Shown: piece by piece, positions 21,358 through 29,807 of the stretch
How the letters are laid out: every line of letters begins with the position of its first letter
Numbering within the stretch: the first letter of the stretch is position 1
Source: Minisyncoccota bacterium
Lineage (GTDB): Bacteria > Patescibacteriota > Minisyncoccia > Phycocordibacterales > SW-6-46-9
Length of the DNA stretch: 64,000 nt
Assembly (NCBI GenBank): GCA_040905385.1
Contig: JBBDRP010000002.1
Coordinates: 149,337-213,336, forward strand
Direction of reading: 5' to 3'
Program-made: the position numbers and the translations under genes
Notes under the pieces: model-generated
Told to the model about the DNA's origin: nothing
What the model saw: the letters and a program-made list of their open reading frames with translations, nothing else
Database searches by the model: none

Positions 21358-22194
21358 ATGGAAACACTGATCCTCGTAGCGATCTTTATCCTCGGTACCA
21401 TTCTCGGTAGCGGGCTGAATGCGCTGGCTTGGCGAGTCGAAACCGAGCAAACCTGGATCCGTGGTCGCTCACGTTGCCCCCACTGCCGCCACACACTTGC
21501 CTGGTGGGAGCTACTGCCGCTCCTTAGCTTCTTTCTGCTGCGTCGCCGCTGCCATCAGTGCCAGCAGCCGATCAGCTGGCAGTATCCGCTGGTCGAACTG
21601 GCGGCAGGGGGATTACTACTTCTGTCATACACAACCTTCGGTTTTTCTATCGGCAGTATTTTTGCAGCGCTTGTGGGGCTGCTTCTCCTGTTTATCTATA
21701 TCTACGACGGTAACACCTTAGTGATACCGAACCCGGCCGTCTGGGCGTTCAACCTACTGGCGCTGGCGGTGCTCTTTATAAATCTTGATTATGCGCTCGT
21801 CTCTGGCGGTGAGTTTTTCGTACTTCCAGGTGGCTGGGCACTGGCGGCTGGTCCGCTGGTGGCCGCCCCACTTTTTGCAATTTGGTTCTTTTCGCGTGGG
21901 CGCGCTATGGGCTTTGGCGATGTAAAGCTGGCGCTGGGTATCGGCTGGTCGCTCGGTATCACTGGTGGCTTATCAGCCTTGACTTACGCCTTCTGGATCG
22001 GGGCAATCGTCAGCCTCGGGCTTCTGGCTTTTCAGCGTTTGTGGAAAAGCTCCTCGCTAAAAGCGGGGGAGCAACATACAATAGAGGCAGCCGATAGCTC
22101 GACGCGGCTAACCATGAAGTCAGCCGTGCCGTTTGGGCCGTTTCTGATTCTTGGCTGGCTTATCGCGTTTTTCTCTAGTATCACGTTATTTTGA
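21358..22194 (+). CDS. pilD: Prepilin peptidase PilD (A24 family, leader peptidase/N-methyltransferase)
   Basis: N-terminal CPHC...CHQC zinc motif; multiple TM segments; catalytic-Asp region GFGDVKL. Confidence 0.88.
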   Translation: METLILVAIFILGTILGSGLNALAWRVETEQTWIRGRSRCPHCRHTLAWWELLPLLSFFLLRRRCHQCQQPISWQYPLVELAAGGLLLLSYTTFGFSIGSIFAALVGLLLLFIYIYDGNTLVIPNPAVWAFNLLALAVLFINLDYALVSGGEFFVLPGGWALAAGPLVAAPLFAIWFFSRGRAMGFGDVKLALGIGWSLGITGGLSALTYAFWIGAIVSLGLLAFQRLWKSSSLKAGEQHTIEAADSSTRLTMKSAVPFGPFLILGWLIAFFSSITLF

Positions 22195-22907
22195 ACCTCT
22201 TTACGACACAATTGGACCCAGGTAAAGAACCCTTCTTCAAACAGGCGGCTGGCTTCACTACGACAAACGAGACAGAGGACGAGAGCTTCTTCTCATCCTT
22301 GTGGAGTGCCGTCGGAGCAAATCCTCCACATAAGATATGTGGGGGATTTACCCTAATGGAGATTATGGTGGCAATAGCCGTCATCGCCATTGTCTCCAGT
22401 ATGGTTTTCACGCAGCGAGATGCTTTCTCGCGCTCGGTGGGGCTCAACAACGTAGCTCACGAGGTTGCGCTAGCAGTCCGGCAGACGCAAATTTACGGGG
22501 TTAGCTCACGTGGCAGCGAGCTTACCGATCCGATCTATGATTTTTCCTACGGTATTTATTTTGATTCAGGTACGCCGGATGAATTTTCTATTTACAGAGA
22601 TTCGGTAGGTAACAAGGGGTATCAGCCAGGCGATGTAGAGGTAGAGACGTACACACTTCCTGCCGGGGTAGAAATTGCTGGTGTCTGTGTTAATACCGGG
22701 TTTTCTAGTACCGACTGTGCTCCGGGTGATACCCCTGGTGACGCTGTGATTATGTTTTCGCGCCCACATCCCAACGCCGAATTCATAGCACGCACTAACG
22801 GTAAAAATATTATTGGCGATACAGCTGTGATCTTACTAGAAGAGGAGGAGTCAGGCGCTCGTCGCAAGGTGATCGTCCGCCGCTCTGGTTTTATAACGGT
22901 CGAGTAA
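22191..22907 (+). CDS. Minor pilin / pseudopilin with a prepilin-type N-terminal domain and an unusually long leader (start codon uncertain)
   Basis: GG | FTLMEIMVAIAVIAIVSSMVF cleavage/methylation motif. The ORF in the provided track opens at a TTG overlapping the pilD stop; the first in-frame ATG lies after the cleavage site. Confidence 0.6.
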   Translation: MNLFTTQLDPGKEPFFKQAAGFTTTNETEDESFFSSLWSAVGANPPHKICGGFTLMEIMVAIAVIAIVSSMVFTQRDAFSRSVGLNNVAHEVALAVRQTQIYGVSSRGSELTDPIYDFSYGIYFDSGTPDEFSIYRDSVGNKGYQPGDVEVETYTLPAGVEIAGVCVNTGFSSTDCAPGDTPGDAVIMFSRPHPNAEFIARTNGKNIIGDTAVILLEEEESGARRKVIVRRSGFITVE

Positions 22908-22912
22908 TACGT

Positions 22913-23470
22913 ATGGAAACAACGAACACAACTCACAGTCAGATAAACGGGTTCTCGCTGGTTGAGATAGTGGTGGCGGTCGCCATCTTCACCATGGTGG
23001 CGACCGCCATTCTTACCAGCCTATTGGCGGTGGTTGATTCCAGTCGCCAACAGCAGGCCCGTGGTGAGGCTGTCGATACCCTGAACTTTATCGTCGATGA
23101 CATGATGCGCCGGATTCGTACGGGGTATAATTTCAAATGTGGTAGCGGTAGCGGCACCAGTGATGGTGATGAGTGCGATACGTTTTCCTTTACTGCCTCG
23201 GAGTTTGATGCCAACGCCAGCACAAACCCGCGGATAACGTATGAAGAATCAGGTGGTCAACTGTATCGCGGTAGTCAACAGCTGACCGGACCACCGCTTG
23301 AGATCACTGATCTTTCCTTTACGGTCGATGGTTCTGGTTCCGGTGATTTAAAGCAGGCACGTGTTTTACTTACCATCACCGGAGAAATTGATGATATAAG
23401 CGAAAATCCGCAATCATTCAGCATTCAGACCACCATTGCCCAGCGGCTCCTGTTTCCACCGAGCGATTAA
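22913..23470 (+). CDS. Minor pilin with prepilin-type N-terminal cleavage/methylation domain
   Basis: Leader METTNTTHSQIN-G | FSLVEIVVAVAIF. Confidence 0.75.
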   Translation: METTNTTHSQINGFSLVEIVVAVAIFTMVATAILTSLLAVVDSSRQQQARGEAVDTLNFIVDDMMRRIRTGYNFKCGSGSGTSDGDECDTFSFTASEFDANASTNPRITYEESGGQLYRGSQQLTGPPLEITDLSFTVDGSGSGDLKQARVLLTITGEIDDISENPQSFSIQTTIAQRLLFPPSD

Positions 23471-23484
23471 ATCATAGAGATACG

Positions 23485-24066
23485 ATGCAAAACCTTCTTA
23501 TACAATCTAAGTACACAACCGCTGGAAAGAATTCTGGATTCTCTTTAATGGAAACCATTGTTGCCATCGGTATCATGACCGTCGCGATATCCGGAATTAT
23601 GAATCTTGTGTACCAAGGTTCGGTTGCCAGCCGCTTCCAGACCGACCAGATCACTGCTACATACCTGGCGGCCGATGCTATCGAGTATGTCCGTGCCGAT
23701 CGTGATACCTACTGGCTCGAAAAACCTCGTACCCACAGATTTGATGAATGGGTAAACGCCGCCCCAATTACCGAATGTACCAGCGCTTGTGCTATTGATA
23801 CGCGGATTGGCGAAGAGTCCATTACTGAATGTAATGATGGTTGTGATCCGCTTGATTACAATGACAGCACAAAATTATACGGTTATGGTAACGGCTCGGA
23901 AAGCCGCTTTACGCGGACGGTCGAGATCAATGCCATCGACAACGGCGGCCCGACTGGCGATGATGAGGCCGAAATCACCGTTACTGTTAGCTGGCAACAC
24001 ACTCTCGGCTCTACTGCTGAAATTACTATCCAGCAGTCGATATTTGATTACCGAGATAGCAACTAA
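23485..24066 (+). CDS. Minor pilin with prepilin-type N-terminal cleavage/methylation domain
   Basis: Leader ...AGKNSG | FSLMETIVAIGIM; translationally coupled to the flanking minor pilin genes. Confidence 0.75.
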   Translation: MQNLLIQSKYTTAGKNSGFSLMETIVAIGIMTVAISGIMNLVYQGSVASRFQTDQITATYLAADAIEYVRADRDTYWLEKPRTHRFDEWVNAAPITECTSACAIDTRIGEESITECNDGCDPLDYNDSTKLYGYGNGSESRFTRTVEINAIDNGGPTGDDEAEITVTVSWQHTLGSTAEITIQQSIFDYRDSN

Positions 24067-24068
24067 GT

Positions 24069-24725
24069 ATGCCTATGTTATATACAACTCAAAAAAATAA
24101 AGAAGCCGGGTCTACCACGACAAGTGAGGGACAAAACGAAAGCTTGCTTTCATTTTTCCCGAACGCTGTCGGGGCAAAACCAGCTACCGCAAATAAAGAA
24201 GCTGGTTTTACCCGCACACTCGAAGCTTCGAGTGTTAGCTCACAGGGTGAGCGCGGGTTCACCCTACTTCTGGCGGTGATTATTACCTCGGTGGTAATCC
24301 TCTTAGGTATCACCATTGCCGGTATCCTCCAGCGCGAAGCCTTGATTTCAGTCTCGTCTCAGGCCTCGACCCAGGCTTTCTATGCCGCTGATACTGCGCT
24401 GGAATGTGTGATGTACTACGATCAGGCACACGACATGTTTGCTACGTCAACACCAATATCAGACATTGAAGATGATATCGACAATAACCTTTCTTGTATC
24501 GGGGTTCTGGGAAGCAATGCGAAAGCAGAAGGAGATGATTATGGTGATCCGTACGAACGCAGTTTTCTGCTTGATGGTGAAGGAATCTGTGCCGGTGTCA
24601 GGATGGAGAAACGTCTTGTCGACACAGAAGAACGTACTTTTGTGTGGGCCCGTGGGCGTAATACCTGCGATAGTGATGCGCTGAACCGAGCTGAACGCGC
24701 TCTCCGCACCGCCTACGAAAACTAA
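24069..24725 (+). CDS. Minor pilin with a 63-aa N-terminal extension preceding the prepilin motif
   Basis: ...SQGERG | FTLLLAVIITSVVILLGI; the leader carries a module also present in the 22191 leader (E/N-ES-[LF][LF]-S-x-x-x-AVGA-x-P). Confidence 0.6.
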   Translation: MPMLYTTQKNKEAGSTTTSEGQNESLLSFFPNAVGAKPATANKEAGFTRTLEASSVSSQGERGFTLLLAVIITSVVILLGITIAGILQREALISVSSQASTQAFYAADTALECVMYYDQAHDMFATSTPISDIEDDIDNNLSCIGVLGSNAKAEGDDYGDPYERSFLLDGEGICAGVRMEKRLVDTEERTFVWARGRNTCDSDALNRAERALRTAYEN

Positions 24726-24734
24726 AGCCTAAGA

Positions 24735-24802
24735 GTCTGCAAGGATTTGAACCTTACAGACCTTATAATCCTAGGGATACTTTAAGGGTTAGACCCTTAA
24801 AG
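24735..24802. repeat. Hairpin-repeat module GTCTGCAAGG-atttgaa-CCTTACAGAC + TATAAT + CTTTAAGGGT-tag-ACCCTTAAAG
   Basis: Second copy of the 21156-21235 module; the stems differ by compensating changes. Confidence 0.6.
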
Positions 24803-24932
24803 ATTAACTTTATCGAGTTGTGAGATGAGGCAGGCATCTTCCTGATTACACTTATTTTGTGAATTGTCCACAGTCTGGTCCAGAATGTCGAAATCATGGT
24901 ATATAATGAATCCAGCTAGTTAACATCACGAT

Positions 24933-25445
24933 ATGAGCCAATCTACTTCACAATCAGGTGAAACCAACTTCTTTGCTCTGGCACTTTTAGTACTTTTTAC
25001 GGTGTTTTTGCTCGTGACGGTGACCAACAGCGGAGAAGAAACACAAAACTTCACGGACCGAGCGGCTACTACTGCAGCTCAGTCGGCAGACCAAACAGCT
25101 GACAATTCATCTACAGCCGAAAACCCTTTTATGCCGGCCGGAATTCCGGTGGATGAGAATGCGGTGGTAGAAAACCGTATGATTAGCCGTGGTTCCTCGG
25201 ATGCCATGCAGCAGGTTATCTCTTTCGAAACCTCACTGCCAGCTTCCGAGATTGTCGCCGCCTACCAAGACTGGATGAATCAGCATGACTACCGTCTCGA
25301 GCGCGAGCGGGTTGGTAACCTGGCGGCCTCGCTGATGGCTATTAATGGGGAAAAGGCGCTTGTGGTCGTGATATCTCACTTTACCAATACCGACACCCGC
25401 TTCGTCGAGATTATCAACTACGATAAAGCCAGCCTCCAGCAGTAA
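24933..25445 (+). CDS. Hypothetical membrane-anchored protein (paralog of 25527-26180)
   Basis: N-terminal TM (FFALALLVLFTVFLLVTV); C-terminal domain shares with the next gene the pattern Y..W.....DY.....E... Confidence 0.45.
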   Translation: MSQSTSQSGETNFFALALLVLFTVFLLVTVTNSGEETQNFTDRAATTAAQSADQTADNSSTAENPFMPAGIPVDENAVVENRMISRGSSDAMQQVISFETSLPASEIVAAYQDWMNQHDYRLERERVGNLAASLMAINGEKALVVVISHFTNTDTRFVEIINYDKASLQQ

Positions 25446-25526
25446 TTTGCCCAGCTGGTTATCCACACCATCTCTCGACCCTTTGCCTGTAGTTGTACGT
25501 TATAATAATACTAGATTTACGTAATT

Positions 25527-26180
25527 ATGGAGAATTCCGAAACCAATCACAACGAAGAAAACGAAATCCACACGATGCAGGATGACGTAGTCGAGGAATC
25601 AGCAGAAGATACCTCGGCCACCGATGAGCCAGAGTACGAAACGCACACCACCGCGCTCGTATTCTTAACCATCGTGGTTTTAGTGGTTTCCTTTATCGCC
25701 CTTACCAGCTCTACGGGGTTCGAGTTTCCTGATTTCAGCGATGACGTTCCGGATGACCGTATAAATGTCGCTGATTACGAAACCGAAGCGGAGCTAGAAA
25801 AAGCTCTCCGTGCACGACAAACGCATGGCAGCTCTGTTCCGCAGGAGGCGGCGGTGGCGATCGACACCACATCTCTAGCGCTGATTCCAACCACGCTTTT
25901 TGTTGATGAGGCCAATATTACTCGTAATCAGTTAATCGGTGAAGCTGGCAACTACCAGGCGGTTGGCTTTACCACTGCTCGTTCCTCGGCGGATCTCTAT
26001 GCTGAGTATACGGGCTGGTTGGCGGATAACGACTATGAAGTTTATCAAGAGCTCGAAGAAGCCGAGGGCTTCAAGTTGGCCGCTACCGGTTCAGCCGGAC
26101 AGCAGCTGACCATTTCGGTACTGAATCCGACCGACACCACACCGCAAGTGCATGTAATAATTCATTACATCGAAGGCTAA
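25527..26180 (+). CDS. Hypothetical membrane-anchored protein (paralog of 24933-25445)
   Basis: Acidic N-terminus, TM (ALVFLTIVVLVVSFIAL), and a C-terminal domain similar to the preceding gene. Confidence 0.45.
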   Translation: MENSETNHNEENEIHTMQDDVVEESAEDTSATDEPEYETHTTALVFLTIVVLVVSFIALTSSTGFEFPDFSDDVPDDRINVADYETEAELEKALRARQTHGSSVPQEAAVAIDTTSLALIPTTLFVDEANITRNQLIGEAGNYQAVGFTTARSSADLYAEYTGWLADNDYEVYQELEEAEGFKLAATGSAGQQLTISVLNPTDTTPQVHVIIHYIEG

Positions 26181-26201
26181 TTTTAATACCTAAATTCTTT
26201 T

Positions 26202-28517
26202 ATGATGACCAACCTTCACAAAAACATCTCTGCCCGACACATCCTCACTCTCACCGCTAGCGCACTGGCAGTTGTTGCTCTGATTGCCGTCGGTGCTATG
26301 ACAATTACTGATCCCGAGCCAGCCCAGGCGCAGAGCCCATGTTTTATTGATTTCGTGCAGCATCCGAGCGCTATAGTAGATGAAGAAGCTGGTCCGTACC
26401 ATATTGAAGGTACCTGTGATGCCCCTAACTATATTTCGTACGGGTTATGGAATGTAACGGATGACGAATGGTTGATTGGTCCAACTACACAGTGGGTGAA
26501 CACTGATGGCATAGATTTTTCGGCGACTACCGACTGGACCTTCAGCAGTGTCGGTGACAAGCAGGTCGAGGCTCGCGTGAACTACGATGCAGACGTCGGT
26601 ACTTATACTTACTCGTACGCCGACCGCGATGTACGCACGATCACTGTTTCTCCTGCCGGTGGTGGCGGTGGTGGTAGTGGAGGAAGCTGTAGCTGGAATA
26701 ACTCTGTACCAGGGGAGGAAATTTCTTATTACGAATCAGTGGAAGCTGTACTTTCTGCATATGGTAAATCTGATAGTGAGAGTGTGACCCATACTATCAA
26801 CTTTAGTGACTACATAGATACTGATGAATACGTAAAGAGTATTAATTTTCGTCTCCGTACTGAAGGAACCATTGCTTGTAGTCATCCTGATCCTGGCTGC
26901 TACTTCTCTGCTGATGCAAGTGGCCTTGGGGCCAGTGTTGGGGTGACTGGTGGTACAACTATGATGGATAGCAGCGATTCTGATTCCGATGTCGCAGATT
27001 TTTCTCGCGATATTGGAAGTGGTGTCACTGAGGCTAGTTTTGATCTAAGTTGGTCTTATGATTTAACTCTTAAAGAGGGTGAACATGGCTCTGTATCCGT
27101 ACTTGCCGAAGTTAAGGATATTGAGCTCGAGGTTTGCGACACAGGACCGGGAAATGATGCCCCAGTCGCCGTTGATGACGGTACCCCTGACCACTCTGAA
27201 CGAACCCCAATAAATATCGGAGAACCAAAAAACCTCGATGTAATGGATAACGACTACGACCCGGATGACGGTCCGGTATCGCCAATTTATCTCACTGGCA
27301 CCCCAACCACCGATCGGGTTGGCTCATCCGTACTGATAAATGATGGTCAACTACTTTATGATCCCGGCAGTCTTACCTACGGAGAATATGATCAGATCAA
27401 CTATCAGATCTCCGACGGTGCGGATACCGACACCGCCACGGCATACATCCGCATAGTCAACAAGACTGCTCCTGTTGAGATAACGGTAGACGCCCTTGAA
27501 GGCGCGACCTACCAGCCAAAGTGGGATGGTGATTACCTTAACCAGGTTACTGGCAATCACATCTTTACCGTAGAGTTAGATAAAACCGCTCGTCTCTTTG
27601 AGATCATAGAGGATGAAGTGCAGATCTGTTGCGGATACGAACATGAGCTGAAGCAACCTGATTGGATTAAAAAAACTGTCCCTGTACAAGACTTCACCGG
27701 CAATGACTGGTCCGCTCTGCTGGGGCTGACGTATACAGAAGACAGTGGACCAAGCAGCTGCAGTGTAGTTGATACAGTTGATGTCACGTCTGCTGAAATA
27801 GATGTTTCAGTTATTGCATCTAACGGAAGCAGTCCCTCCGATTCTGACAGTAGCACGGTGACGTTCAGTGATTATACTAGTGGTGGTGATTATGTTAGCG
27901 AGCTTACGTATACATCAAGCGTCTTAGCAGAGCTTACTGGTGATTGTTTCGGTGGAGACCCTGGTTGTAGCGCCTTTGCGTCAGCCTCTGGTGTGTCGGC
28001 ACAAACTCCACCGGGTAACACTGATTCTGAAACTCAGACGTTCACAAATACGTACAGCGAAACCGATACTACTACCAGCGAAGACTTTTCTGTGGATGTG
28101 AGTGCATCATCTCCATCCACCCATGTTCATGGTGGAAGGGCCAGCGCCAGTGTCGGTAATATTCAGTTAAAGATCTGCGATGGTGGTTTGGAGACTGGCG
28201 TAGAGGCAAAAGCCACAACCGAGCTCACGCGTGATGCTATTTCTGGCAGTGGTCAGGCGACGTACGAGTTTGATGCCAGTGGCTCCACTGGCAGCAACCT
28301 TACCTATGAATGGGAGTATACCGGCAGCGACCCAAGCGGATACTTTGCCAGTATTGTGAGTCCAAATAGCGAAGTAACTGACGTCTTTGCTGAGAATAAG
28401 CCACCGTATGATTACGTCACCTTTAACTTTCTGTTAACGGTGACAGACTCTGTGAGTGGGGAGTCAGATACAGAAACCGTTTCCGTCGGCTTTAGCTGTA
28501 GTGGTTGCGGTGGTTAG
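26202..28517 (+). CDS. Large secreted surface protein (771 aa) with Gly-rich linker, cadherin/VCBS-like repeats and a C-terminal CSGCGG
   Basis: Signal/TM (ILTLTASALAVVALIAVGAMTI); repeats containing VAVDDGTP...DVMDNDYDPDDGPV; Cys-bearing repeated modules. Confidence 0.5.
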   Translation: MMTNLHKNISARHILTLTASALAVVALIAVGAMTITDPEPAQAQSPCFIDFVQHPSAIVDEEAGPYHIEGTCDAPNYISYGLWNVTDDEWLIGPTTQWVNTDGIDFSATTDWTFSSVGDKQVEARVNYDADVGTYTYSYADRDVRTITVSPAGGGGGGSGGSCSWNNSVPGEEISYYESVEAVLSAYGKSDSESVTHTINFSDYIDTDEYVKSINFRLRTEGTIACSHPDPGCYFSADASGLGASVGVTGGTTMMDSSDSDSDVADFSRDIGSGVTEASFDLSWSYDLTLKEGEHGSVSVLAEVKDIELEVCDTGPGNDAPVAVDDGTPDHSERTPINIGEPKNLDVMDNDYDPDDGPVSPIYLTGTPTTDRVGSSVLINDGQLLYDPGSLTYGEYDQINYQISDGADTDTATAYIRIVNKTAPVEITVDALEGATYQPKWDGDYLNQVTGNHIFTVELDKTARLFEIIEDEVQICCGYEHELKQPDWIKKTVPVQDFTGNDWSALLGLTYTEDSGPSSCSVVDTVDVTSAEIDVSVIASNGSSPSDSDSSTVTFSDYTSGGDYVSELTYTSSVLAELTGDCFGGDPGCSAFASASGVSAQTPPGNTDSETQTFTNTYSETDTTTSEDFSVDVSASSPSTHVHGGRASASVGNIQLKICDGGLETGVEAKATTELTRDAISGSGQATYEFDASGSTGSNLTYEWEYTGSDPSGYFASIVSPNSEVTDVFAENKPPYDYVTFNFLLTVTDSVSGESDTETVSVGFSCSGCGG

Positions 28518-28569
28518 TCCTGGTTCAGTACGACGTTAAATTTCCCATTATAATATTTACTCAACAATC

Positions 28570-29442
28570 ATGACCAAATACACCGACAACCCAAAGCAGC
28601 TAATCACCCTCATCAGCGGTATCTTCATGGTGGCAGTGCTGGCGGTGATGGTTGGTGTCTCCGGTCTGGTTGGTACGTCAGACTTTGCAACCGAGACTTC
28701 AGCCGAAACGCTTGTCGAACAAAACGAAGAAGCCTCTTTTGAAATGTTCGGCGAGACAACATTACCGCCAATTTATGTGAATATCTGGAGCGATGGAGAT
28801 GATGAGTTCACGACCGCTCAGAGCTTCACACTCTCCTGGGACTCGGGTAGTGTTGTGGATGTTCAGGCCGACAGCAGTCTGGACTACTGGGGTGTTAGCG
28901 GCAGTTTGCCTACCAGTGGAACGAGCCTACCAATTTCCGAGTCATCGCCCGGTACCTACACCTACGGTTTACTTGGATTTGATGGCGATGGTAATCAGGT
29001 AGCTTCTGATGAGGTAAAGGTGACGATTATCGAGCCACCACGCTTTGACCTTTCCTTCCCAGACGGCGATGAAGTCGATCTTGATGGTGAACCGGGCTCA
29101 ATAACGGGTATTGATTTTAAGATAACTTCCGAAGAGGGGTATAAAGGCGACGTACGGATTACCATCGACCCCGATGATGTTGACCCAGATATGCGAGTCG
29201 ACGGCGGGTACCTTATCCGCTTCTGGGGCTTCCCAAATACTGTTACCTTGACTGAGGGTGCTAGCTCAACCATCACTATCAGTATGGAAACACTGCAAGC
29301 AATCCTTACTGATGAAACCTATGAAGTAGAGGTACTCGTAGAAGACCAGAGCGGCACAACGGTTCCTCCTGATGACAAGAAGACCGGAATCTTCAAGATC
29401 AACGCCGACGGCTTCGCACCAAGGACTATAGAAGAGTTTTAA
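28570..29442 (+). CDS. Hypothetical secreted protein with an N-terminal membrane anchor
   Basis: N-terminal TM (LITLISGIFMVAVLAVMVGV); acidic beta-rich remainder. Confidence 0.45.
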   Translation: MTKYTDNPKQLITLISGIFMVAVLAVMVGVSGLVGTSDFATETSAETLVEQNEEASFEMFGETTLPPIYVNIWSDGDDEFTTAQSFTLSWDSGSVVDVQADSSLDYWGVSGSLPTSGTSLPISESSPGTYTYGLLGFDGDGNQVASDEVKVTIIEPPRFDLSFPDGDEVDLDGEPGSITGIDFKITSEEGYKGDVRITIDPDDVDPDMRVDGGYLIRFWGFPNTVTLTEGASSTITISMETLQAILTDETYEVEVLVEDQSGTTVPPDDKKTGIFKINADGFAPRTIEEF

Positions 29443-29472
29443 CCCGGTTAAATAATTCCAAATCCTTGTACT

Positions 29473-29727
29473 GTGTACTACGTGTATATTCTTGAGAGTC
29501 AAAAAGATGGCCAGCGTTATACGGGATATACAACAGATTTGGAATTACGACTTAAGCATCACAAGGCAGGAAAAGTCGAGTCAACCAGACATCGCCGACC
29601 ACTATAGCTTATATATTACGAAGCTTGTTTAAATAAAGATGATGCTACGCATCGAGAAACATATCTTAAAACCCACCATGGTCGGCAGTTTCTAGGCAAT
29701 CGGCTCAAGTCGTATTTAACTGGGTAA
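29473..29727 (+). pseudogene. GIY-YIG nuclease family gene (YhbQ/UPF0213-like) interrupted by an in-frame TAG at 29605-29607
   Basis: The single reading frame gives (V/M)YYVYILESQKDGQRYTGYTTDLELRLKHHKAGKVESTRHRRPL*LIYYEACLNKDDATHRETYLKTHHGRQFLGNRLKSYLTG*. The TAG sits where the conserved Glu of ...RRPVELVY... is expected, so a GAG to TAG change is the simplest explanation. Confidence 0.6.
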
Positions 29728-29807
29728 ATTTACAACCAGCTAAAGAAACGTATATAATAATAAATCCCCGAAACGCTGATATGCGCTCGGGGATTTTTAG
29801 TTAATAT

